A DNA stretch of 64,000 bases from Octopus sinensis (lineage: Eukaryota): the NCBI RefSeq assembly GCF_006345805.1, contig NC_042998.1, positions 87,482,001 through 87,546,000 of the forward strand, in the 5' to 3' direction. Within the stretch, counting starts at the first letter, position 1. Every line of letters starts with the position of its first letter. The notes beneath the pieces are model-generated. The model made no database searches and was not told where the DNA came from. It saw nothing but the letters and a program-made list of their open reading frames with translations. The translations under genes were made by a program, and so were the position numbers. This document shows, one piece after another, positions 49,570 to 61,225 of this stretch.

Positions 49570-50235
49570 ATGCTTATGTCGAATGTGACATTTGAGTCCG
49601 CCAACGATTTTCAAAGATGTCCGCAGATGTTGTAAGTATGCAGATTACAGGTCAGTGCAGGCGGTATATTTGAAGCCATTTTCTCCTTTGCCTTGCACCG
49701 CTAAGCCTCCTCTTAATACTGGTTGAAATAAAGTCTTTTATACTATTTTGACACAACAATCTCCATTTTCTCCGCTCTAAGGCTGTTTGCTCAAAGATGT
49801 CGTGAGCTATGTTGACTGTTGAGAAGTTACTCTTCAGCTTGTCCTTACATCTGAACCATGGTCGACAAACAATTCTGTGCCCATTATCAAGCTGGCTGTA
49901 CATGAGGACTTTGGGTATTCTTTCGTCACTCATTCTGACGTGACCAGCCCAGCGCAACTGTGACTGCATAAGGAAGCGCTTGATTCTACCAATCTTGCAC
50001 TTACTAAACAGTTCAACATACCTTGGTAGTAAAGTGAACTCGAACACTTCCCTTAATGATGAAATCGTCAACCGTCTTGCGAAAGCAACCAATGCATTTG
50101 ACAAACTCTGTCATCGCCTTTGGAATAAAAGTACAAGTTTATAAATCTGCCATTCTTACTATTCTCTTGCATGACTCGGAATCGAGAACACCCTACAGGT
50201 TGCACATTAACCAACCTAACATCTTCCACAAAGGC
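49570..50235 (-). mobile_element. RTE-clade 3' fragment with an inverted 5' segment
   Basis: 49570-50005 (minus): FLMQSQLRWAGHVRMSDERIPK...KWR... plus a C2H2-like end. 50007-50235 (plus): the upstream region F-x-YLGSKVNSNTSLNDEIVNRLAKATNAFDKL...VYKSAILTILLHDSES...FH. Confidence 0.85.
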
Positions 50236-51893
50236 TCTTTCAGGACGAATCTGTGGTTATTCACTAAAATACAGAGTGTCTAATATATATATATATGAAA
50301 ATAGATTTAACAAAAGAAATTTTATGGTCTCTGAGGATGCAGAAACAGTAGAACGTACGAGTAAACCCTCTCCGTTACTCTGTTAAGGGGAACTTTGGCC
50401 TCCAACCCAATTAGACTATTAGTGCAATAAATAATTTCCAGATCGCAGTCAAGGAAAATGTAGCCGTTTCTCTGTCTTATATAATAAAGTAATAAAACTG
50501 AATGCTTTTCATAAATCGACTGCAAGATAAGATTTTAGACGACAAAGTTATCTCTAACATTCTAGAAATTTATTTGACCATTTCCCTATAATAATGTTAT
50601 TCAACTTCTGATCACGTTTCTCTTTTATTTATCATAGTTGGAAAAGAAAGGAGAATGTTATAGTGAGTGAATTTCCGGTGAGCTGAGTTCATATCAGCAT
50701 CGCAGCTTTTATTTCTAATTGCCGCTAGTGACTTCATTTATATTTCCCCAGTGCCGCTGCAATAGTATGGATGTCACAATAATTAATTTTTGTTTCTCAC
50801 AAGTCTAACATTCCATGGCTACCGATAGAAGTAAGCAACGAAGAACAAAACCATTGTACTTTTCCTATGTTGCAGTAAGTGACATAAAATGTATCGGCTT
50901 TTTATCAACTAGGTGGTGTTAAATACTCTTCTATCGATTGTGACTATTTGTTGTATACATGGATTGGCTCGGTTTTGTGTTGTTTGTTGGTCATTTAATT
51001 TAAAATTGGGACTGACGAAGATTTAATTCGAAAATTACGGAAACAGGAAGACAATTTCCGATAAATGTAGCTTTATGAAGTATTTCAAATGGTATCGAGG
51101 AGAAGATGAAAGAAAGGAAGAGAAAGAGAGCGGGTGGGAGAGAAAAAGTTTTGGGAATGAGAAGTAGGAATGAAATAGTGTGAAGGTGGCAAATAGCACA
51201 TTACAGTTCAAAGTAATGGTACTGAACATGAATAGTGATACCAATTAACTGATAATCCGCCATTTTAGGTGGGAGGTAGGAAGCTATTTCATGTATTTTA
51301 CGAATGCACGGCGTCATATTTTATTCAAAACAATTCCTTCTTAATGTTTTTAAAAATTAGCGTACAACGAAAAGCAATTTAAATGCCAGTGATTCAAGGA
51401 TTCAATAATGGATTGGGCGTGTAAAGGAACATGTGTACTAAAGCGTATAGAAAATTTATAGGGATACCTATAAACTAAAGTGTAATATGCAATAGAGAAA
51501 AAAACAGGACACAAGGAGATCAAAATGGTGGTTTTGTTGCGTTCGTGCAGAAGATATGATCAGTACTATAGACAATTGTCCAAATTATCTCCTCTCATGC
51601 ACCAAAAGCGATGTGCACTGTAATATGCCAAAACAATTGTCTCAAAATAAAAATGAAAGCATAATCATGGAATGTAGTCTTAGTTGAAATAAATCGGTAA
51701 AACAGACTTTGAACAATGAAATTATGTCGAAAGTACTCAAACTTCATGTTGTAAACTGCCCATTAGATATTGGTGAATTGTTTTCGGCTTTTGGTAAAGG
51801 TTTTGAATCTTGATTATTTATTTCCACATTCACTAACAAATGTTTTCATGGTGATCTAGAAATTATAGGATTTCTAAAAGAAAAAGAAAAAGT

Positions 51894-51934
51894 AGACACG
51901 TATCAATATATTCACAATATATTGATACGTGTCT
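51894..51934. repeat. Perfect 19-bp inverted repeat with a 3-nt loop
   Basis: agacacgtatcaatatatt-cac-aatatattgatacgtgtct. Confidence 0.9.
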
Positions 51935-52479
51935 GTCTTTCAGTCAATCAGTAGAACGGGGAAACTATAAAACATACCTCGTTTTATTGTAATAAAGGAA
52001 TATTCATTCAGAATATATATCCACCTATATAGAGTTTCTCACCCATACACCATTATTTATTTTATATAGTAAAAATGTCTAAAAGGGAATTGTGATATTG
52101 TGAATTTCATGAGGGCATAATGTATGTATATACAGATATGAACAAAATTGCTTGGCACAACCTAAACATCAATAAAAGTGGCTTGTTAATTTCTTAGTAA
52201 CAGGTTAATACGTACACACATACACACACACACACATACACATACGCACTCACAAACACATATATATGCATACATACACACATATATGTATGTAAATATT
52301 CAAGCAGAGAGTGGAGAATTTAGTATCTCTAATTCCATGTTACACGTGCTTCATTACAATATAAGAAATACATTATGAATATGAATATAATTTTTGAATT
52401 CTTATCTAAGATATTACAGTTGAGAAGGACCTCTACATGTCCTCTACATGTTTATAACTACTATGGATTTAGCAACAAC

Positions 52480-53252
52480 AACAATAAAATGAACAGAAGT
52501 TATCTGACTGACAGGAGAAGGCGTCGCATGGTAGATTCTCAAAGATAGTTGCAGCAAGTAGTAGTAGTGAGACATGGCTACGGTTGCAGAAAGGAAAGCT
52601 GAAAAAAGAGACAGAAAATTTATTAGTAGCTGTATAAGATCAAGCATTAAGGACTAATTGGATGAAAGCCAAGATAGACAAAAACCAGTAGATTTCCAAT
52701 ACAGATTATGCAAATCAAAAGAGGAAAGCGTTACTCATATAGAAAGCTAGGATTTGAACATACTAATAAATGGTATGGATATGAACCTAGTAAAATATTA
52801 GAAAGTAAGAAAAACAAGAAGTTGTGAGACTTCAACATTCAGACTGACAGAGTAATTGAAGCTAGATGGCCTGATTTAAGGTAGTAGATAAAGAGAATAG
52901 AAAGTGCCAGATAATTGAATTTACAGTCCCAAATGACGAAAGAATAAATATGAGAGATATAGAAAAAATAACAAAGTACCAGGACTTGGCCATTGAATTA
53001 CAGAGACTATGGAAAGTGCGGGCAAAATGTATTCCTCTAGTTACAAGTGCACTGAGAACTATCCCTAAAGATCTGAACAGATGGATAGAAGAAATAGACA
53101 TAAAACCCAGTTTAGTAGAGCTTCAGAATACAGGGTTACTAGGGAAAGCAAGTATACTTAGGAAGGTTCTTGGCATCTAAGTTTACATGTTGTAGCCCGA
53201 TGTTAGGATTTTTTTCTTTTCCAACAGTCTAATTTGTTGTGTGTATATGAAA
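52480..53252 (+). mobile_element. R4/Dong-type 3' fragment with (AAT)n tail
   Basis: TWLRLQKGKLKKETENLLVA..DQALRTNW, DFNIQTDRVIEARWPD, IEKITKYQDLAIELQRLWKV...LLGKASILRKVLGI*. (AAT)n/(AAC)n at 53252-53330. Confidence 0.88.
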
Positions 53253-53299
53253 ATAATAATAATAATGATGATGATAATAATAACAACAACAACAACAAC

Positions 53300-53330
<31 letters not shown>

Positions 53331-53489
53331 TATTTTTTATAATGCTGTAATGAAACACATACAACATGGAATTAAAAATATGTCAAGTTCTCTTGCTTTT
53401 GTTGTAATATATACTTTGCAAATATTTTGATTCACCAAGACTTTTAACAAGTATATATAAGATTTTCTCATTTAAAGCAAAACATCTAC

Positions 53490-54315
53490 ATACATACATA
53501 CATACATACATACATACATACAAAATCGAAGCGACAAGTCGCGTATTTGGCGTGAGAGACTATCGAAAATACAATGAATACTATCTCCAACGTTGGAGTC
53601 ACAACTATCAGCCCTGTTAAATTACTGGTTAACCTTCAGATGAATTAACTAAGGGAGCCTTTTATTCACGATCGTAATGACTTTCAACAGAAACTTGAAT
53701 TTACCATGCAGAAAGTTACTAAAAACAACTTTGCTTGACACATCAACAACAGTACAACCGGGGAACAGAACGAAAACAACACCTCAACAGGTAAACAGAT
53801 TCTCTCTAGCTGTAGATATAGAAGAAACCGTAATTACAAAACTCATTTTTCTTGGAGTTATGAATAAATTCGAAGACTACTGTCATTACTGAAACTAAAA
53901 ATCTGTAAAACTTTCCAGAAGTTTATCATTTAAGTATATATGAGCATGTCTAGATATGGATGAGAAGACATACATAAAACAAAATATACAAATCTGCACG
54001 TATACATACATACATGCATACATACATACATACATACATACATACATACATACATACATACATACATACATACATACATACATACATAGAAAAATACGCT
54101 GCAGATGTTGAAATTTTAATGAAGGAATCTTGGATCTAGGTTAGAAACCCGCTCTTTCTCTATTGGCAAGAAATCTTGAAATAAACTGAATAATGACATA
54201 CATACATACATACATACATATATACACACATACATAATACATACATACATACATACATACATACATACATACATACATACATACATACATACATACATAC
54301 ATACATACATAATAC
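53490..54315. repeat. Three (CATA)n tracts (about 53490-53522, 54000-54088, 54198-54315)
   Basis: Directly visible. Confidence 0.9.
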
Positions 54316-54934
54316 ATATTGTTATATTTGAGATGGTCATATTTTTTGCCAGTTAACATTTTAGAGGGAAAGCAAAGTTGTGACGTTCATGAATTTCAGC
54401 AAGTATTACTAACATATATAAAAGAATATGGTTTCGATAGGAAGTCGAAGCTGAGTGACGAACTCTCTTTGTGTATACTAAAGTTATAGTTAACATCATT
54501 TACCAACAGTTACAAGAATTTAAGTATATAAATTGATAGGAAATGAGATAATATGGCGTCTTGGTGCGCTCTGTACATACTGAAGTCAGACAAATGACGA
54601 TGTTTCATTTAGTTGGTTAATCAGAATTAAAAATGTGTGGTTTCTTTGATACACAATATGGACTATACAATTTCAAAAGTCCACTTTGTATTTGTCAAGA
54701 GACTGGAGACTATAGATAATTTACATTGCATATTCATTATACTAATTATGCTCAGATACCAATGACAGAGTCAAGAGTTTGTCACAGTATCAGATGAAAG
54801 GCCACAGTGCGAATTCTGCTTTACGCAAACTCCGAGCCAAAGGCTACTGATCCACTTCCGGTTATTGCAGTAAACGGAGCTTGTACAGATATAATCATGC
54901 ATGACTCTACGGGTAACATTGTAAATTCTAGATT

Positions 54935-55195
54935 TCCACCAGTTCACAACGCCCCAGTTCAAATCAATATGTTGCCTAGATTAAAGCACACTGCTATGAC
55001 TCTGAGATCATTCCTCATCTCCCCTTACTTCCTCGACCTGGCATCATCTGACTTCAAACTCTTTCCAACCATGAAGTCCTTTTTGAAGAGGAAGCACTTT
55101 TCGGATGATGATGAACTTACTTCCGAGGTAAAGTCTTAGCTTCAGACACAACCTAACGACATCTACAGACAAGGTCTACTCAGTTGCATAAACCG
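54935..55195 (+). pseudogene. mariner transposase C-terminal remnant
   Basis: HNAPV...PYFLDLASSDFKLFPTMKSFLKRKHFSDDDEL corresponds to the mariner HDNA and YSPDLAPSDF motifs. Confidence 0.85.
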
Positions 55196-55254
55196 ATTTA
55201 AGTATATATGAGCATGTCTAGATATGAATGAGAAGACATACATAATATATATAT

Positions 55255-55341
<87 letters not shown>

Positions 55342-55873
55342 TATATATATATAATACTTAATCATATCGAAGGGAAATGGAAATTAATAGAAATGTTCGC
55401 TTCCAGTGGCCTAGCGTGTAAAAATTTAGTCCAAAGACTATGTACTACTCATAAAATACAGTGTACATTTAAGCACATAAGGAATCCACTCATGGGATTC
55501 ATCACGCTAGAAAGAACAGCTAGGTTCCATAACCACAAAATTAGGGATAAAATCCCGAAAGGAACGAAATGAAGAAATGTGTGTGCGAGCGTGTATGCAG
55601 GTATGTATATATATATATTTTGGGCGAATGGTGTGGGTGAGAATGTATGTGAGGGTGGATGAGTGTATACTGATAGGCGTATGCATGTGGGTGTGCGGGT
55701 GCGCATGTGTAGGTATGGACATGCGCGCTTACGTGAATATTATGAAGATTTTTACCCCCTTACCTTTACTCCCCCAGTTAGCAGTCATTCAAATAGCTCT
55801 TTTACCTTAATAACGGTCAATTACACAGACATTTCCCTTTGTTTAACGGTCATTTTCATAGCATTTTTTCCGA

Positions 55874-55947
55874 TGGCCGGATAACTGAAGAGATGGCGGC
55901 GTTGATTTCCGCCCCGATATCCGAAACTCAGAGTTTTATCATGGCTA
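55874..55947 (+). ncRNA. Type I minimal hammerhead ribozyme (Penelope type)
   Basis: Stem I tggcc-g-gataa / ttatc-at-ggcta; CTGAAGA at 55885; stem II gat-ggcgg...ccgcc...atc; GAAA at 55923; stem III act-cag-agt; GUU triplet at 55933-55935. Confidence 0.75.
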
Positions 55948-55961
55948 CCGAATAATTGTCA

Positions 55962-55962
55962 C

Positions 55963-56003
<41 letters not shown>

Positions 56004-56033
56004 CAAATATATATAAATATATATAATACATAC

Positions 56034-56066
<33 letters not shown>

Positions 56067-56108
56067 AATATATATATACAATATATATATATATATATAT
56101 AATATATA

Positions 56109-56155
<47 letters not shown>

Positions 56156-56181
56156 AATACACACACACACACACACACACA
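55962..56181. repeat. Compound (TA)n/(CATA)n/(CA)n microsatellite
   Basis: Directly visible. Similar tracts at 37997-38200, 43660-43805, 45130-45290, 45590-45880 and 55245-55350. Confidence 0.95.
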
Positions 56182-56429
56182 TAGGGGATTTTTCCTTGTA
56201 TAGTTTGTTTTGTACTTTGTTTTTTTTTCGTTTAGGTCCGTTTTTACGTCTTCGTTTCTCGTTGAGTTCTACGTCTATTTGTGGTGTCCTGTACTCACGT
56301 ATATATATTTATATATGCATGTATATATACATGTAGATGTAGGTACTGAATTTGAGTATGACAGTAAGACCTGTCATATACATTTGTATATATAAAAGGC
56401 AGGATGTGTGTGTGTGTGTGTGTGTGTGT

Positions 56430-57040
56430 ACCTGAATATAATTTATGCACGTCCACAAATTAGCACGCATGTCGCTCCAATTTTAGGAGGACATTCGTCA
56501 CGATCCTAGCTGTATTTTTGTCAAATAATTTTTCCCGAGGCACCCGCGTGTAGCGGTAAAAATCGATTTTCAACCTTAACTTTTACCTCCCGGCAATAAC
56601 GTAGCAGCGATTCCCGAGGAAGCAACGGCTAGCGCAATTTGTTTCTCGCGACGAATCTTATCAAGTATTAATTGTGTTACAAAGGATTTGCCGGTACCTC
56701 TAGAAGCATCGAGTAAAAAAATGCCGCCCGCCTGTTTTTCAACGGCACTGACGACAGTTTCGTACACTAGTCTCTGATCGGGGTGCAATTTCGGTTCATT
56801 TTCTCTCAAGTACTCCGCAAGGCCATCAGCGTCGTACGACAACACCAGAAGTAACTTTGGTGGGAGTGTGTTAATGTCCTATCGCAATGAGGATGGCAAA
56901 CAGAATGTATTCAACGCCGCCCCACCCATTTTGAGCAGGGCATATTCGATTTCAATCAGCGCATTATTGTAGATCAGGTCATTGTATCCAATGACAGCGT
57001 TAGGGCACTATTGCCTTGTCAGTAATCCTTTGCCTTGACC
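56430..57040 (-). mobile_element. Helitron RepHel remnant, N-terminal part of the PIF1-like helicase
   Basis: IYNNALIEIE...LHPDQRLVYETV...GIFLLDASRGTGKSF (Walker A, 56681-56710)...IALAVASSGIAATLLPGG. Confidence 0.88.
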
Positions 57041-57064
57041 ACCTAGAAACGATCGGCTCATAAG

Positions 57065-57485
57065 CCGAATTCCAGGTGAGGCGCGCAGCTACAAATCGAT
57101 TGACTACACCTCTGACCCTCAAGACATTGTCAGTTACCCTATCGAGTTTCTCAACTCATTGGAGCCAGCAAGGCTTCCACCTCACATTCTTAGGCTAAGG
57201 GTTGGATGCCCAATTATGCTAATCAGAAACTTGCTTCCGCCTAAACAGTGACAGGGGACCCGCTTAGTAATCAAGTCCCTGACGCCCCACTTGATTGAGG
57301 CAACCATTGTTACAGGGTGCGGGAGGGGTGAAAATGTTTTCATTTCAAGGATGCGACTTTATCACTCGGGGTCAGACATACTGTTTAACTTCCGCAGATC
57401 GCAGTTCCTGGTGAGACCATGCTTCACTATGTCTATCAGCAAATCCCAAGGCGAAACACTATCGGTGGCAGGCATCCATTTGGGG
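57065..57485 (+). mobile_element. Helitron helicase remnant, C-terminal part, opposite orientation
   Basis: YPIEFLNSLEPARLPPHILRLRVGCPIMLIRNL...GTRLVI...QFLVRPCFTMSISKSQGETL. Confidence 0.9.
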
Positions 57486-57684
57486 TTTTCCATTCAATCA
57501 GGATAAAAAATTGATAAACTGATTCGTTATAGGACTTCCCACTAAAATTGGCAACACCCCATTTTCGACCATAACTTTTACCAATTTTGACATATTTTGC
57601 TCAAACTTGATGCCTGCATTACTTAGGGCTCATGGGATCTTTGAATGTTTTAAGTTCTCAAAAACAAAAAAAAAAACAAAAAAA

Positions 57685-57752
<68 letters not shown>

Positions 57753-57893
57753 CATTTTTAACTGTCGTCTCTTCATTACTAAAAATAGTATTTATTCGCT
57801 GATGAAAATTTAATATATATTGGAAACTAGACTGCTGCATTCCGGTTTTCTTCTCTGTGTGTTGTCTTCGTCTTTTGCTTTTTTGTAAATTCT

Positions 57894-57938
<45 letters not shown>

Positions 57939-58533
57939 ATTTATGTATGTATTATGTATGTATATATGTATAATTTGATTGCATCTGTCTGGTGTGTACA
58001 GTTTTGTTAAGTTCTATAAATATATATTGTAGTAAAGTATAGCATTGAAACAAGTTACAACCAACGAACCAGTAATTTATCAGTAACTTTTTCGTCTTCT
58101 GTTTACCACGTTAGTTTAGGGCAATCTCTATAGGTTTCTAATTTTTTCTTTTATGCATTTGTATTACACTTCTGAGACTCTCGTGAAGCGTATAAATGCA
58201 ATAATTTAATATTCAGTACTTTAAAAAATTATGTGAGAATATGTCTATAACAGTAATCTGAAATCATTGGTAAACCTATATTTCAATTCCAATATTCATC
58301 TTACGCAGATAATCGGCTGTCTTAGATGAGATATAGATACAATGAGAGCGCAACACATGTTTAGAATATGAAGCACTGAACTAACCAAACGTGTGTGTCT
58401 CTGCATAATAGGTTGGTCTGCTAATAATGTAAGCCAAATTCTCTTCCATGTATATTCTACCGTATTAGAACAGAGACGCATTCGATAATGTATTTTTATA
58501 TAATACTGTGTCTGATATATGTAGATATATATG

Positions 58534-58577
<44 letters not shown>

Positions 58578-58578
<1 letters not shown>

Positions 58579-59112
58579 TGGTAGCTGCTGGTGGATCTTG
58601 AGCGTCGACTGAAGTTATCTGGTCACATTGCGGTCACCACCCTGCGACCATACATTGTCCTCGTGTCTGAGTCCACCAAGCAAGTGGTGCTGCTGGAGCT
58701 GACTGTCCCATGAGAAGATCGCCTGGAAGAAGCTTTTGAGAGAAATCTGTCCAAGTCGCGGGCTTGGTCAGTGACTGCCAGCGGGCTGGCTGGTGAGCGA
58801 GGTGTCTCCCAGTGGAGGTTGGATGCAGGGGTTTCGCAGGCCATTCCCTGACCAGAGCCATCAGCAGTTTGGACATCAAGGGAGTGAGAAGGAGGAAGGC
58901 CATCTGCAGTTTTACAAGATGGCTGTTGATCAAAAGAGGAGAGCCATGGGGTAGCTAGCTGGTCACCTGGACACAAGTCTGGGTCTGATCAACCCCAGCT
59001 GGTCATCTGGAGGAGGGTATATGATGTTGAAAAACCCCAAACACCCGATCATACCAGGCACATCACTGGAGATATGTCCAGATGCATCAGTTATTGATGT
59101 ATTCACACAACA
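58578..59112 (+). mobile_element. HERO-clade RLE retrotransposon 3' fragment inside (TA)n
   Basis: LLVDL...TTLRPYIVLVSESTKQVVLLELTVP*E...EEAFER...PVEVGCRGF...RWLLIKR. (TA)n on both sides. Confidence 0.88.
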
Positions 59113-59300
59113 ATATATATATATACACACACACTTTATGTGTCGGTTAACAAGGCCAACCAATAGTTTCATGTGAGAAGATTTTCACAATTGTTTAAGC
59201 GTGCCACATTGTTAGTACTCGTCTCAATCTTGGATGAGAATACGGATATTAGCACATACATACATACATACATACATACATGCATGCATGCATGTACATA

Positions 59301-59460
59301 CAGGGTGCGGTGAATAAACTGTCATCTAAATTACGAAAAAATTAACGTAACGCTGACATCTAATTTCAACAGATATATTTACCAAAATTACATAAAAGCA
59401 TCCTGAAATACTAAAGAGTAAATTTATTCATCTGGTGCTCTCGCTGGCTGCTGGGACAAA
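59301..59460 (+). mobile_element. Possible Tc1/mariner-type left end
   Basis: TA-CAGGGTG start directly after (CATA)n. No matching right TIR found. Confidence 0.3.
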
Positions 59461-60109
59461 TTTTCGGCTTCCTCTGACATTTGTTTTTAACACCCCACGT
59501 GCATAACAGACATTATTTCAGGATAAATATCGCAATAGCTGTCCTAGCGACTGTAAGTATACATTTAGTATGATTTATAGATATCAGGTAATAAGTTTGA
59601 ACGTTGTATAATGATGGTAAGATCTCGCCAAGAGTTCGATTTCCAGTAACACTTTTCACTTTATTTGCTCCACATACCAGCGATATTTAGAATCATTCAG
59701 TAGTCTGAAGTTGCTTTGAACACCACTGAGTCAACAGCCCACGACGTAATTACATTATATTAACGACCCATTAAGAGTTACAGTAAGTTTTCATTCCTTA
59801 CACACAGAGAACTATTATGTGTAGAGAAAAGGTAAACTATCGACCTATTGATTATGCAAACCGGTTTTGATTGTTAATTGCAACCAATTCCCTCCCTTTA
59901 CTCCGATAAGCATAATAAGAGTATAGTAGTATACCATTTCGTTTTCTCTTCCTATAAATGTGTGGCCTTGTGTTTTTAAACAAAGAAATAATAATTAGCA
60001 AAATTATGGAGAATAATCATTTTTTATGATACAAGAAAACAAAAAGAAAATAGATTAGTGGATTCAGTAGAATTCCAGTATATTATAAGTACAGGTTGAT
60101 TAACTTAAA

Positions 60110-60300
60110 TCGACGAGCTGGCAAAATCGTTACTGTGCCCGACAGTAGTTGCATGCCTTACAGGTCTTCTGAGTTCAAATGTCACCGAAGTCAGCTTTGC
60201 CTTTTCTCCTTTCAGACACAATGAAATATAGTATCACACTGGAATTGATGTAATCGACTATTCCTTTCTCACAAATTCCAATCCTGTTGCTTATATTAGA
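60110..60300 (+). mobile_element. Degenerate family C SINE
   Basis: cgagctggcaaaatcgtta...tgagttcaaatgtcaccgaagtcagctttgcct. Confidence 0.7.
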
Positions 60301-61081
60301 AATAACTGCTTGATCTACTTGGACGAGAATAAGCAACACAGGTGGGATTTGAATGCAAAATATAAAGTGATATAAATTTATGCTGCGATTCATTTTATCC
60401 AGTGGTCTGCTGTCTTTGGTACTCATTTACCCTAAAGCTAACAAAAATAAGCCTTTGTGATTAGCAGATTTTGTTTCCTGCACACTTGCTTTGCGCATAA
60501 TAATTCATATTCAAATAACTTTGGTCATAGCTAGTTCCACGAGAATTCAATGTTATTTCGCCTAAAACAGTTTTCTGAGAGAAACAGTTCAAAAGGATTT
60601 ATTACGCAGTAGATCGAAGTTGACTTCTATATCAGGTGAACCACATTTTTAAACTAATTAATTTTCCCAATTTATTACTTTAATATTTAGTTTTGTAAAA
60701 GTTAGATAGTTGTTTGTTATAGGTTCTTTAATGAATCATTGAAATTATTGTTCCCCGATAAATGTTCATAAACTAGTTTATCAAAAATAAAAAGCAAGCA
60801 CATTTCTTAGTTAATGGAATGGTAAATTGAAAAACTATATAGAAAGACGAATATCTAATAGCAATTTACAAGTTAATTTAAGGGTTTTATCGCTAAGAAA
60901 AAGTAGAAAAAACATTTTTACGTCAATTTGAAAAATGGAAGTTAGTGAAATTATGTTCAGTCAATTTTTAACACATTAAAGAAACTATTTCTGTGAACAA
61001 TAAAATACGAGACATATAATGGAGATCGTTTCAGTTAAACATACATTTACAAAGTAAATAACTTCCTGCATATATATATAT

Positions 61082-61225
61082 TGCTTTGCAATCATGTGGT
61101 TTCGGATTCAGTCCCACTACTTGACAAATTGGGCAAATGTATTTTGCTATCTCCATGGGCCGACCAATGCTTTGTGAATGAATTTAGTTGACATTGTGTA
61201 GAAGCCCATTGTGTGTGTGTGTTGT
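61082..61225 (+). mobile_element. CORE SINE with (TG)n tail
   Basis: ggattcagtcccact...gggcaaatgtatttt...gggccgaccaatgctttgtga. Confidence 0.7.

Noticed and set aside
51257-51266. YY1-like CCGCCATTTT promoter motif
   Set aside because: An isolated short motif with no other promoter evidence or nearby exon.
57799-57835. CTGATGA...GAAAC hammerhead-like spacing
   Set aside because: Stem II is weak, there is no NUH triplet in register and no stem I. At most a decayed remnant.
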